Part shown: in pieces, positions 33,713 through 46,325 of the stretch
Layout of the letters: every line of letters starts with the position of its first letter
How positions within the stretch are numbered: position 1 is the first letter of the stretch
Assembly (NCBI GenBank): GCA_002269645.1
Contig: NIVC01000140.1
Location: 558,001-622,000, forward strand
Origin: Macrostomum lignano
Lineage: Eukaryota
Length of the DNA: 64,000 nt
Direction: 5' to 3'
Translations under genes and position numbers: made by a program
Notes under the pieces: generated by a model
The model's database searches: none
Seen by the model: only the letters and a program-made list of their open reading frames with translations
What the model was told of the DNA's origin: nothing

Positions 33713-36070
33713 ATGTTGTGCATGTCAGGCTTTTCACCGCAACTGCAGGAGCGTCACGTGAGGTCGGTGCTCACCGGAGCTTTGCTGGACGTCTCCGGCT
33801 CCATGCAGCGCAGCTTCGACAGCCAGCAGGCAGCGGGCGCGGCCAGCTACGCATCGAAGAACAAGTGGGTCCGCTCCATCTTCAAGGTGGCCGACCAACT
33901 GGTCAAGCACGACGTGTCACCGACCAACCCGGTGTTCCTGGGCGGTGTGGGAGCTGAGTCACAGCCCACAGTGTTCGACATCCTGGCCTCACTGGAGGCT
34001 GGGCAGAGAAAAAGGGAAGAGCTGGAGAGGAGAAAACCAGAGCTGGACCGTAAAAAGCAAGAGCTGGAGAGGGGAAAGCAAGAACTGGACAGGAAAAAGC
34101 AGGAGCTGGAAGATGAGGCCAGAAGAAAGAAGCAGGAGTATGAAGACCGAATAAAGAGGTTAGAATCTTCTTCAAAGCAATACATCATTGACCGAGCTCT
34201 CTCCATCCTTGAGTCCAGTGGAGCGCCGAGAGTTCGGAGTTGGGCCACAGCGAACATGGTGGACAGGAATATAAGCGACAAGCGAACTGCCTGCGTCATT
34301 CTGGACGCTCTGCAAACCGACTCGGAATTCAAACGAAAAGTTGTTGATGATTATCTGCCTGAGCAGTGCCGAAATTTTCACTGGGCGAGCGAAGCCGCGA
34401 GAGTCACTTCTGGATTTCTTGGTTCGTTTGTGGGGTCTGAAGACCCGTTGTTGGGGACGGACTCCGAAGTTGAAGCTGTTGTGAGAAAGTGTGACAACTT
34501 CCTTAACGACGAATTTCGACGTAAAGAAGAGGCAGAGAGAAGGAGAGCGGAGAATGAGCTGAGGCCATTGAGTCTAAAACTCACTGCACTGGCTGAAGAT
34601 CTCAGAGCACTGACTGCAGATCTGACTGCAAATCTCACTGCACTGACTCCTTCGTCCGTCTTTGCCCCAGATGAAGCTCAGAGAATCCTGCGCTCCTGTA
34701 ACGAAGACGCTGAGCTGACTGACGAGCGAATCACGGAGCTCCTGGACACCATCGAGCCCTTCATCTACGGAGGCACCCCGCTGATGGAGGCTCTCGAGAC
34801 ATCGAAAAATATTTTTTGTAGCGAGGAACACAAAACTGAGTTCAAGCTGCTCTTCATCCTTTCCGATGGAGAGCCGTCGGACAGCAGCGGCAGCAGTGAC
34901 ACTGAGATGCGACAGGAACTGCACAACCTCGGGGTGACGGTCGTGTCCTGCTTCATCACGGACACAGACATCTCTGACCCGCGACGGCTCTACAGCACTA
35001 TCGACAGCGGCTGGGATCGACCTGCTGAATTTATGTTCCACATGGCCTCGACAGTCTCCACCCAGAAGATCCCCAGAACCCTGTTCATCCGAAAGGGCTG
35101 GACAATCGACACCGACAACAATGAGACCCGACTGTTCTTCCAGATCAATCACCCCGACCTCATCGATGAGGTCTGCGACATCGCCAAGAGCTGCGTGTGC
35201 TCGCAGGACGCGCTGTCGGACGTGCTGGCCGACGTGGACCTCGACCTGTACATCAACAGGGCCAACGAGGGCTTCGAGCCGCAGCGACAGTCGGAGCTCA
35301 CCTGCTATGCAGTCGCGTCGGCGACCGTCATGCACCTGAGCATGCTCAGGGTTGTGGGTCGGGACGGCGGATATCCGGACTTCTTCCAGCTCAGAGACAA
35401 GATCGTCGCTCAGTTCGGACGGCGCAGAGCCCGCACAGTCGAGGTGCTGCGGACAGTGTGTCCGGAGTACCGGCTGCAGTGCAAGGAGGTCGATGAGAGA
35501 GCCGCGCTGGACGCCGTCATCGCCAAGCGGGCAGTCGTGGCGAGGTTCCACCTCACTAAGCGTGAGTGGGACAACTTCAGGCAGTTCTTTAAGCAGAATC
35601 CCGGAGGCATTCTCACCCAGGCCGACCTCACCGGTGGAGACTCTGAAGCAAAGCTGCTCGGACACGCGGTGGTGCTGATGAGCTTCGACAGACACAGCCT
35701 GAGGCTGATGAACTCGTGGGGCTCCGGCTGGGGCGACGGCGGCTTCTTCAGAGTGCAGAGCGCAGCCGCGCTCAGAATAAAGTTCATCGATGTGTTCTGG
35801 ACCGAGGAGCAGCTGACTGAGGCTGAGAGAGCCGCCTTCAGAGAGCGCGGACTGGGCGTTGCAGAGAGACTGTTTAAATCTCTGAAGGGTCTGCAGACAT
35901 GCAAGTACAGATGCTCGCTGTGTGGCGTTGAGTCTCTGGTGTCGGAGTTCTCGGGACACACGCTGGAGGCCAGGTGTCCCAGGTGTTTGGGCAGCTTCGA
36001 TGCGAACCTGGCGGGCAGCGACCTTGCGCTGAACCTGTACCTCACCTCGCTGCTGCACAAAAAGGACTAA
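33713..36070 (+). CDS. Split-VWA + papain-like protease + Zn-ribbon protein, copy 2 (785 aa)
   Basis: Same motifs as copy 1 (DVSGSM, GGTPL, ILSDG, TCYA, GHAV, NSWG, CSLC..CPRC), all intact. Confidence 0.9.
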   Translation: MLCMSGFSPQLQERHVRSVLTGALLDVSGSMQRSFDSQQAAGAASYASKNKWVRSIFKVADQLVKHDVSPTNPVFLGGVGAESQPTVFDILASLEAGQRKREELERRKPELDRKKQELERGKQELDRKKQELEDEARRKKQEYEDRIKRLESSSKQYIIDRALSILESSGAPRVRSWATANMVDRNISDKRTACVILDALQTDSEFKRKVVDDYLPEQCRNFHWASEAARVTSGFLGSFVGSEDPLLGTDSEVEAVVRKCDNFLNDEFRRKEEAERRRAENELRPLSLKLTALAEDLRALTADLTANLTALTPSSVFAPDEAQRILRSCNEDAELTDERITELLDTIEPFIYGGTPLMEALETSKNIFCSEEHKTEFKLLFILSDGEPSDSSGSSDTEMRQELHNLGVTVVSCFITDTDISDPRRLYSTIDSGWDRPAEFMFHMASTVSTQKIPRTLFIRKGWTIDTDNNETRLFFQINHPDLIDEVCDIAKSCVCSQDALSDVLADVDLDLYINRANEGFEPQRQSELTCYAVASATVMHLSMLRVVGRDGGYPDFFQLRDKIVAQFGRRRARTVEVLRTVCPEYRLQCKEVDERAALDAVIAKRAVVARFHLTKREWDNFRQFFKQNPGGILTQADLTGGDSEAKLLGHAVVLMSFDRHSLRLMNSWGSGWGDGGFFRVQSAAALRIKFIDVFWTEEQLTEAERAAFRERGLGVAERLFKSLKGLQTCKYRCSLCGVESLVSEFSGHTLEARCPRCLGSFDANLAGSDLALNLYLTSLLHKKD

Positions 36071-36245
36071 GACTTATCTGCCAAGCTTTTTTCTGACTTG
36101 CTATTATCATTATTTTTGTGTCTCTTATGTTTAAGCTAAGACAGCTCTTTTAGTTAGAACTTCTTACTCATCTAGCGTTTAAAGGGGATGTTCTTTTACT
36201 AAATCGCTGTTTTCAGTTGTTTGCTACATAACAGAAATTCTTTCA

Positions 36246-36480
36246 CGAATCGGGAACAAAGCGTTTATGACCAAATAGGGAATCAAGATCTATGACCGAA
36301 TCGGGAACCATGTGTCTATGACCGAATTGAAAACCAAGTGTCTATGACCGAATTGAAAACCAAGTGTCTATGACCGAATTGAAAACCAAGTGTCTATGAC
36401 CGAATCGGGAACCAGAGTGTCTATGACCGAATCGGGAACCAGAGTGTCTATGACCGAATCTGGAATCAAGATCTATGACC
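36246..36480. repeat. 27-bp degenerate tandem repeat
   Basis: tctatgaccgaat(cggg/tgaa)aacca..gtg units, about 8 copies. Confidence 0.85.
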
Positions 36481-37772
36481 ACGCAGCAGCAGCAGATGTT
36501 TCTATTTTTAGGCTTCGATGTGTTGACCCAGGGAAGCCTCTATGGTCGCTGCGCTCCCCAGAAAGGGACACACCCACCCACAGAATACCACAGAATGCTC
36601 AATCGACTAGTAGAATGCGTCTCGAATTAAAACACCATAGATGCTACTCTTCCTGTGAAGATTTATAAGTAGCTGTAACTAATTGATAGCATTAAAGTAG
36701 TAGTTTACTGCTTGGGCGAGCTCCTAGAGCAGTCGATGTATTTGAAATTATGCGATTGTTATAAAACTTAAGTGGCAAGATCTTATGGTGGTTAACAATC
36801 ACTCAACCAGGTAATGGATTCCATACCGTATAAGAAAAAATCTGTAAACAATTTAACTTAAGAACAATAAAAGGTTCATAAATAGAAAGAATAGATTACA
36901 CTTCTGCGGCGCTTAAGTAAACAAATTCAAAACTTAGAGCAATTTTACGTAAGAAAAACAAAATTCGTCTTTCAAAACAACATCAAAAGCAGTTTTTTAA
37001 ATAAATTTCCTCAACATAAATTGCCTGTTCTTAACTGGGATTCAACTGCCTCTTCCATTTGTGTTCGTTTGCCTTTCCCAGAAGATCAGCTCGAAACAAT
37101 CGGCGAGCCCAGTCTTCGCACCTGAAAGATGCAAGAGAGTTTGAACACTAAAGAGATTCTAAAATCAAATAAGAAAACTCATACCACAGGAGTCAACTAT
37201 GTGTTCTCTGAAATACATGCCTTGCACTGTCTCCAGAAGGAAATGCATGAAATCGCGTCAAATGCGGGCACCTGTAGGCATAGGAATTGCAGCCATAAGC
37301 TGCGCACTGGGCTCGAGATTTTGTCATGATAGCACTGCACTGCTTTTCACCGCAGAACGCAGAATGTTTGTTGACCTACAACGCATGGTTACTAAAAAAC
37401 ACAAGACAAAAATCACAAGCCCATGCGAGTGATATCGTCTATGGTGATTCTTCTCCATACTACTTTCCCACAGCTTCACAGGAAGAGTAGCACAAAGCGA
37501 AAATAATTTTGCATTGAGATTTTTTCTTCGGGGTGGCTGAATGAGCATTCTGTGGTATTCTGTGCTCCCACCCCACTCCGCTATACGAGTTTAGGAGTTT
37601 AGGTATAGAATGAAATGATGCTGCTGCTTATCGATTTCTCGCTAGAGCAGTTTTGTACGCGAACTTTTGTAACACCTCTCGTATTTAATAGCTTGCTAAC
37701 TGGAAAAAGAATATATTGACAGTAATACTGCATATTTGCAGCAATCTGCTTTAAACTTTGCTAAAATAAATC

Positions 37773-38614
37773 ATGGTATTTAATTGCTGTGCTCCATTCT
37801 GTGTCACCAATCTGCCTCGATATGGGAAGAATCCGGCGGCAGTCTCCATGCACAAATTTCTTCCATATACACAGCCGGAGCTTCTGTAAAAATTGATATT
37901 TGCAATTCCCCGAAAGTGGACAGCAGCAGAGTTGGAGAAGTTGCGCAGCGATCCAAAGCACAACTACCGGATCTGGTCGCTGCATTTTTCGAAAAGGCTA
38001 TTTTTAACAAACTCTCAGGACTCCAACTCCAGCCGTGCGCGTTCAGCATTTGCAAATGCAGATGGACAAACAAAGAAGCTGAAAAATTGACGGTTGACTT
38101 CTGATGCCGTACCCAGCATCTTCCAAACGCGCCATCCTACTTGAGCAAAACTGTTCCTGTGGAGCGACCTACCACAATGACATCTGCTCGGACTCGGCGA
38201 GAGAGTGCCATGCGTCGCTGCGAGGATGAGGCAGAAGCATTCCTCGAAAGCGATGTCATTGACTCATTGGGGGCTTCCCTGATCTACTGGCGTTCGAGCT
38301 GCCCGATCATTTGCCTGTTTTTTAAGCACGCACCCGAGTCTCAGGTAACGTTGTTCACCACCCGAGTGTCCTCTGCTGATAGCTCGTAGGATCGCAAGAT
38401 CGCAACACCAGTGACAGTAGATGAAACTTTTGACTTTGAGGTCAGTATTGATGGATCGATGCAGATTGGCTTTGCCAATGATCGGGTGCCCGAAAGAAAG
38501 TCGAGCACATTTTCTCATCTTGATAATGTACACGCTCGACTGAAAAATTGCGTTGCGGCAGAGGAGTCTGATGCCTACCAGCAGCATCTGCTACTGGCTA
38601 AGAAGGAAATTTAG
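37773..38614 (+). pseudogene. THAP-domain relic, duplicate of 13032-13873
   Basis: Near-identical sequence with the same lesions. Confidence 0.7.
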
Positions 38615-40241
38615 TCAATGTGAGGAATGACAACTGGAACAGCGATGAAGCACTGAAGTGCAAGAAGTCAAAACTATCTGAGAAATGAGCTGTAGCTCTA
38701 ATGTATACTCGTAGTAGACTTAGCTTTTGTTTTATAGTCATATAAAGTGCTATTTTTATACAGCATGTCTAAGCACTTTTCTGCTCTGTAGGTAGGTTAA
38801 TTTCACTCTCTTTTGCTAAAGTATCATCTAAGGGTAATAATTTCATTTTTTGTTTCATTATGTTTGCATGGTCCGACGGGTTGTGAAGTATTTTTCTCGC
38901 ACAAAAACAAGTTTTTTGAATAATACAACTTAACCTTGGAGACCTAAAGTTTTGAATGTTTTGCGTTGAATAGTGCAAACCGCATCTTTCTATGACTTTT
39001 AGTTAAGTCATAGAAAAGTCAAGTTAAGTCATCAGTTAGTTAAGTCATCAGTCATAGAAAAAAACGTTGCATTTTCCTATTCATTCACTGCTTTTCAATT
39101 AGGCTTTTACCCCTAAACTTGCATGCTGCCTAAACTAGTGTCCCTTCGGAGCGCAGTGACCATGGAGGCTTCCCTGATTGACCCCTTCAGCTTCTTAGAA
39201 TACTGCAAATATTCATTCACATCCAGCTCTATCTATCTGTCCACTTGACCTGCCTGCTGTCAATGAAAGCGCTTTGCAGCTTTGCAAGCAAAACAATAAA
39301 ACAATATTAAATATTTATTTACTCAGCTGTTAGCCTATCGAACTGAAGACAAAAGCAAAACCTGCCAAGCCTGATCGAATTGTTTAGCGATAGACAAATT
39401 GACATTTTTCATCTTTTTGCTCCTCAAAAGGGCACGGCTGCATTTGTACGCTCAGCCTAAAACACGTACATTTTGGCATCCAGAATTCCGCTCAAAAACG
39501 TACATTTAAAGGATTGTAAAGCACAGAGATGCGGAACTTCTCCAACCCCGAGCCACATCACTGGTTACAGGGAATGGCTCTGCACTCGGCTTCATGGCTG
39601 AAAAACTTGCTTTACGTTCAAAATTAGCACTGACGAAGTTCCCTTTTGCATGACAAGCAATGTCAGGCAGCAAGCAGAAAAAGTAAAACTGCTTTGCACA
39701 GAAATTAGTGTTTTGCAGGCTGTACGGCTACTCAGCAGAGACACGTGATGTGAGAGCTGGATTTCTATCCTGCTGATGGGGCGACGGGCAGTCGGAATGC
39801 TTTTATTTTTAGTCCTGACGAAAGTTCCGTCTTGCTTGGCAATGTCCTTTGGGCTCTTGGCAGGTCTCATACACCGCAGACGAGTTTTACCTGCTTGTAG
39901 AGGAATATTTACTCATTTAAAAGCACTAAATGAGTAAAATAAGTCCGGTAACAACCAGCGTATTCTCGACAAGTATCGCAACGAATTATTTACTGTTTGT
40001 TTCGTGGGTCACACAGTGAAATAACTGACACGCATTGTACTTTGTATTTGCTCGTACATTGTTTGCAGGATGTAGTATTATAAAAATCAACAGCATTTTA
40101 GCAATATCGAAGCAATTCAAATGCGGTCACTTTACACTACTTGTAAGTAGGCAATCGAATGCGAGCTGTAAAAGGCTTTAACTTACACCTCTATCCGTTC
40201 AAACAGTCATTGAAATTATCGAATTCTGAGTAGAGTGCCAC

Positions 40242-40456
40242 CACGTGAGGTCGGTGCTCACCGGAGCTCTGCTGGACGTGCCCGGCTCCATGCAGCGAAG
40301 CTTCGACTGCCAGCAGATACGTATCGACGAACAAGTGGGTCCGCTCCATCTTCCAGGTGGCCAACCAGCTGGTCGAGCACGACGTGTCACGGACAAACTA
40401 ACGATGGCGTTCGACATCCTGGCCTCTCTGGGAGCTCGGCAGGGAAAATATAGCTC
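40242..40456 (+). pseudogene. Relic of the VWA-C1A 5' part, duplicate of 15501-15715
   Basis: Matches the DxSxS region with the same deletions. Confidence 0.85.
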
Positions 40457-41795
40457 AAGAGCCGGGTGTAGCCATTGAAAAGGCAAGGCGCCCTTCAAAC
40501 GATACGGTGCACCAGCAAAGACGCCCACTGAAAAATTCTGACTGGATGCTCTAAAAGCAAGGGCTGGTTGCTGAGGCAAAAACACTAATTAACCATAATC
40601 TCTATAATCTGGGGGGTCTGAGTTCGAGACTGGCTAACTGCCACGACCGGTACTGACGCTGGCGCTAGCTGTCTCCACGGCTAATGCCAGCGGAGCAAAT
40701 TCATTTCCATTGTTGTCATTAAGGTATCTTTTAGTACGCTCGTACGTACGTCCAGTCGCGCACGTCCGAAGCATCAAGGGCAATGCTCAGATGGATCGCC
40801 TTGTAAAACGGCGCTGTTTGTTTTGGCCATGGATCGGCAAGATGGGTGCAACATGGCCAGTAAATCTGGTCTTGTATGCGTTTACTTGCAAAATGTCTTT
40901 GCCCTTAGCATGGCGTTTAGATTGTTGCCATTCCAGAACTTCACTAGTGGTTCTGACATATTCATGCTTACTGATAATAAATGGTGCTATCAACTGCATT
41001 TTAACCCGAACAATGTGCCTTACTGTACATGGAAATCATCTATAAAATATGTGCTGTGAATTTCTGTTGTGTACGCTGTCTTCCGCCACCCAGCAGTGCA
41101 CGCAGCCTGCTAAATTCTAGCTCATAATTGGCTGAGGGCTGTTTGTCTGCCCCACCCCAAGCATTCTCTTTGGTATTTTGACATCGAATATTTTCCTCAG
41201 CAGTGGAGAAAGTTCGCTCAAGCGACAATGCGCTCTGCTGAAAGTAGCGGTGAAGACATTTCTACATGTACGAGTTGAGTTTATACAAAAAAATTGCCGT
41301 CAAAAACAGTGATTCAGCACCACTTGGTCTCATTCTCTTACTGACCCGTGAATTTAGCTGAAGTGATCAATAACTAAGATGAGATGAGCACGAAAAGCTC
41401 CCCGTTGAAAACAAGGGTTAATATAGGGGATTCTATATAACTAATAGCCTGAAGGTTGATTAACGTAATTTTAGATAAATGAACGTTACTTGACGTTACT
41501 TAATGTTACTTTAATTTACTTAATTTAATTAAGGGTAAATTTACGTTGATTTATCAGTAATTGTTTACCGAAATTAAGCTACAAAGTGCATGTGGTTAAT
41601 TAACGTAAATTCGCTGTCGAAAGTTAAACTGCGGTAAACTAACCGACCAGAAGTTACTTTTTATTTATTTACTTTCAAGATTAACCCTAGTTTTCAACGG
41701 ATTGCATATTCGCGTTCAAAGATTGAGAGTAGTGAAAACTGGTATCTTGACTTTCAGGGTAAACATCCGTCACTCTAACCGCGTCAAAGTTCGCT

Positions 41796-43064
41796 TCACG
41801 ACGAGAAGGTAAATTTGTCGTTGGCATTGGAAAATACGGCTACTCCAAGGGCTTTGTTCAAGCGAGTCACTAAGCTTCTGACCATTGCGTAGCATTCGCC
41901 TAGAAATTGATTCTCGAACTCCAGCTCATTGCGTGACGTCTTTTCACTTGATCGGTTGATCATTATTTTCAACTCGGCATTTTCCTTCTCCAGCTGAGCG
42001 ATGCGGTCATCCTTCTCAACGCCTTCCGTCTCCAGCTGAGCGATGCGGTCGTCCTTCTCAAGGCCTTCCGTCTCCAGCTGAGCGATGCGGTCGTCCTTCT
42101 CAAGGCCTTCCGTCTCCAGCTGAGCGATGCGGTCGTCCTTCTCAAGGCCTTCCGTCTCCAGCTGAGCAATGCGGTCGTCCTTCTCAACGCCTTCCGTCTC
42201 CAGCTGAGCGATGCGGTCGTCCCTCTCCACGTCTCGAGTGAAAAACTGCAGAGCAGTCCGCAACGCCTTGATGGCTGCCTCGTCCACCTGGATGGTCCTG
42301 GCAGTGTCGCAGCCGATCCGCAGCATTCTGTGGACAGAGTCCAGCTTCCTGCGGCAGGCACCAGCGCACCTGGCTCGCTCTCGCCGCTCCTTCAAATCCG
42401 TCGCTGTTTTCACGGCCGCGCTGCCCAGCAAAATGCCTGTGGCAAAGCTGGCGATATAAGCAGCTCCGCCATCGAAGAAGTGAAGTGCCGCGATGCCGAG
42501 GGCTCCGACTGTTGCGCAAGCAATCAGCCCGAGCAGCTGTGCTTGGCCTGCCTGCCTGCTCGAACCCTTCTGTATCTGACTCAGCCCGTCAGACAGAGTT
42601 TTGGTGAGCTCCTGCGACTTGCTCAGCTGACCGGTGAAGGTCGCGAGCGATTCCGAGAAATCACAGGCCATTGTGTGCAGCTGGTCCAGCTTTTCGCAGA
42701 GCTGTTTGAGCAAATCTGGCTCAATATTGGCCTGGATCCTGATCTTCCAGAATGTCTCAAACTCATCGATCTGCCTTTCAAAACTGTTTATCCAAACCTC
42801 TAGGTGAGATCCCGTTACCTGCACTCTCTTGAGCTCTTGCTTCAGTTTCTTGAGAAAGAGACTCAGTCCGTCAAGTTGTGGCTGCAGTTCCTCCCGATGA
42901 GGCTCCTTGGCCAGCTTCAGCTGCTCCACCTCGCTGGCTTGAGCCTTGGTGAGCTCAGTAACCTTCAGCAGCTCATCACTCTTACCTCCGATAGACCTCA
43001 GCGTCTGGACGGCATCTCGAATTCCCGCCAGAACGTCGCTGATCTCTGCAAGCTTCTCCGTCAT
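41796..43064 (-). CDS. Coiled-coil/hydrophobic-hairpin protein, copy B (422 aa from MTEKL), alpha-pore-forming-toxin-like
   Basis: Intact ORF; about 170 aa of amphipathic helices, an approximately 40-aa hydrophobic hairpin (LLGLIACATVGALGIAALHFFDGGAAYIASFATGILLGSAAV), further helices, then six 14-aa repeats. Start assigned by alignment to copy C (MAEKLGEIGDVLSGI). Confidence 0.8.
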   Translation of the reverse strand: MTEKLAEISDVLAGIRDAVQTLRSIGGKSDELLKVTELTKAQASEVEQLKLAKEPHREELQPQLDGLSLFLKKLKQELKRVQVTGSHLEVWINSFERQIDEFETFWKIRIQANIEPDLLKQLCEKLDQLHTMACDFSESLATFTGQLSKSQELTKTLSDGLSQIQKGSSRQAGQAQLLGLIACATVGALGIAALHFFDGGAAYIASFATGILLGSAAVKTATDLKERRERARCAGACRRKLDSVHRMLRIGCDTARTIQVDEAAIKALRTALQFFTRDVERDDRIAQLETEGVEKDDRIAQLETEGLEKDDRIAQLETEGLEKDDRIAQLETEGLEKDDRIAQLETEGVEKDDRIAQLEKENAELKIMINRSSEKTSRNELEFENQFLGECYAMVRSLVTRLNKALGVAVFSNANDKFTFSS

Positions 43065-44129
43065 TTTTACTTCTGCTTTTAACTGCCTACAGAGCCGGAG
43101 CAACTTTAACTGAAATTTGAGTTCCACAGCCTTTATGCAGATCCAATGCGCAGAGCCAGTGAGGCAGCTCAATGTACGTTCGTTTCACGTTTGAAGTTCC
43201 GAAGTCCGAAATTCCGTCTGGTCCCTCACTGTGCCGCCTGGGCCGCTCGTATCAGAAAAGTCTGTCGCAAAATGAAAACAGCAGCCAAGACGCCAGTGAA
43301 TGTTTTGTGGAGACGCCTGCTATCGGTTGCCCTCGTAAACTCATAGTTGGTTGTCATGCCCACCTGCACTGCCCCTCTCTTACTTTTCTCTTGGCGGGCT
43401 TTTCACTACCGCTGCACACAGGGTTATCGCAGTCCCTGTCTGACCGCAGATCATGGAGTCAGTCAGATAAGCCCATCTGAGCAGCAGTGCAGCAGGGAGA
43501 CATTCAGGGTGTCAAAACTTCTGCATTTGCTGCTATGCGGTGTCACTGAGGTCTCACTCACTCACTGCTCATGACAGATTTTGGACGCTGTGAAGCTGAA
43601 GCCTTTGCCCCACTGCATCAGCCTATGCAGGTGCTCATAATTGCTTCCAAAATTTCACGTACACTAGAAAAAGATCAGAGGCGAGCTGCTGACTGCTGCC
43701 GCTTCAAAGACTGTGCATTTGATCTTCTATATGAATAAAAGTTTTTAGTCGGCAGCAAAGCAAGAACTTGCATGTGGATAATACAGTAAATATTAACCCT
43801 CTCAGCCTTCCCTAATCATCGTACTTTACTCTATCATCGTACTAAGAAAATCATTAGGTAATCAAAATTTAAATAAATGAGAGGTAGCTTTGTACAAATA
43901 TATTTGGTTGTGCCGTCTTAGTGCGAGCTACAACTAATAACTAATGCCAATTTATTGCTGCTATTGATCTGTTGTATCCCTAGCTTATACATAGCTAGGT
44001 TGGACCCTTAAACGTTGTAAATCATAAACTTTATAGTCATGGTAGTTAGCAATTTTAAAATGAAGTCAAGAAAATAGCAATTTAAGTTGTTAAATCATTG
44101 CCAACTTTCCAAATAGATTTCCCGATTGT

Positions 44130-44892
44130 CAGATTTCCAATCAGAGTCGCAGATTTCCAATCAGAGTCGCAGATTTCCAATCAGAGTCGCAGATTTCCAA
44201 TCAGAGTCGCAGATTTCCAATCAGAGTCGCAGATTTCCAATTAAAGTCGCAGATTTCCAATCAGAGTCGCAGATTTCCAATTAGAGTCGCAGATTTCCAA
44301 TCAGAGTCGCAGATTTCCAATTAGAGTCGCAGATTTCCAATCAGAGTCGCAGATTTCCAATCAGAGTCGCAGATTTCCAATCAGAGTCGCAGATTTCCAA
44401 TCAGAGTCGCAGATTTCCAATCAGAGTCGCAGATTTCCAATCAGAGTCGCAGATTTCCAATCAGAGTCGCAGATTTCCAATCAGAGTCGCAGATTTCCAA
44501 TCAGAGTCGCAGATTTCCAATCAGAGTCGCAGATTTCCAATCAGAGTCGCAGATTTCCAATTAGAGTCGCAGATTTCCAATCAGAGTCGCAGATTTCCAA
44601 CCAGAGTCGCAGATTTCTAACCAGAGTCGCAGATTCTTAACCAGAGTCGCAGATTTCTAATCAGAGTCGCAGATTTCCAATCAGAGTCGCAGATTTCCAA
44701 TCAGAGTCGCAGATTCTTAACCAGAGTCGCAGATTTCCAATTAGAGTCGCAGATTTCCAATCAGAGTCGCAGATTTCCAATCAGAGTCGCAGATTTCCAA
44801 TCAGAGTCGCAGATTTCCAATCAGAGTCGCAGATTTCCAATCAGAGTCGCAGATTTCCAATCAGAGTCGCAGATTTCCAATCAGAGTCGCAG
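44130..44892. repeat. 20-bp satellite, about 38 copies
   Basis: cagagtcgcagatttccaat units. Confidence 0.95.
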
Positions 44893-45744
44893 ACAATGCA
44901 ATATGCTTTTTTCCTCGAAAGCATTTCCGTGGATCGCAGTTGTATTGTACGTTTAATATTCTTTAATGTTCACTGTCTTGTTTGTAAAGCACCGTACAGT
45001 GAATGGAACCTGCCATGACTGCAAGTGGTTTACCCTGTGTATTCGGATTACATGTACGTTTATTTGCAGTGGATGAAAATAGCATTGCGTATTGACTTCT
45101 GCTGAAATTTATTTTGAATGCACTGAAAGTTCTTTCGTTTGTGTTGGCCGTGATCAAAACTTTCTGCTTGATAGCGGCTGGAAACAGCGCCCCAGTACAG
45201 CTGTGCCTTTGTCAGCCAACAGGTTCCTCCGCTCTGACACCTAGACTCAGCACTATATATCATTTTCGCATGGGAGACTTTTTTGTACATAGCTGCTCCG
45301 TATTGGCTGAGACCAGGGTCGAATCCTCAGCTTTTGCTGGTTCGACCAGTTGCATTGGTTGGAAATGAGTTCAAAGCAGGCCGATAACTGATCACCTCAC
45401 GCGGCCACTCAGTGTTGGCAAGCAGATTTGCTGCATATTTTAGCGCTCTTTGCGAATGTCTGTGCAGAGGCTCTGCGACACGGGCATGAGTCGAACGAAG
45501 CCTTGAAGCCGCTCTTACAGTTGATTTTACTGTCAGTTGATGTTCTTGTCAGCACTTCGAGCTTCAAGTTGCCAGCTGCAACAGCCATTGTTCAACAAGA
45601 CTTGTGTGCGATTTTCTCATTAGAAAGTGCGTCAAGTTTTCTGCAGAAATGAGTTTTATTTGTTCGGAAATCTTCTGGTCAAACTCAAGTACCACTAGGA
45701 ACACTTAGCATGCCAGCGTGAATGATGTAATGATGAATTGATGA

Positions 45745-46325
45745 GATGAAGGCGAATGATGCAATGCTGCATTAGTGAGGTGAATGCGAATGATGCAATG
45801 CTGCATTAGTGAGGTGAATGCGAATGATGCAATGCTGCATTAGTGAGGTGAATGCGAATGATGCAATGCTGCATTAGTGAGGTGAATGCGAATGATGCAA
45901 TGCTGCATTAGTGAGGTGAAGGCGAGTGATGCAATGCTGCATTAGTGAGGTGGAGGCGAGTGATGCAATGCTGCATTAGTGAGGTGAAGGCGAGTGATGC
46001 AATGCTGCATTAGTGAGGTGAAGGCGAGTGATGCAATGCTGCATTAGTGAGGTGGAGGCAGTGATGCAATGCTGCATTAGTGAGGTGGAGGCAGTGATGC
46101 AATGCTGCATTAGTGAGGTGAAGGCAGTGATGCAATGCTGCATTAGTGAGGTGAAGGCGAGTGATGCAATGCTGCATTAGTGAGGTGGAGGCAGTGATGC
46201 AATGCTGCATTAGTGAGGTGGAGGCAGTGATGCAATGCTGCATTAGTGAGGTGAAGGCAGTGATGCAATGCTGCATTAGTGAGGTGAAGGCGAGTGATGC
46301 AATGCTGCATAGTGAGGTGAAGGTC
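45745..46325. repeat. 32-33-bp minisatellite, about 18 copies
   Basis: Followed by a diverged copy of the VWA-C1A upstream module (46330-46931). Confidence 0.9.
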
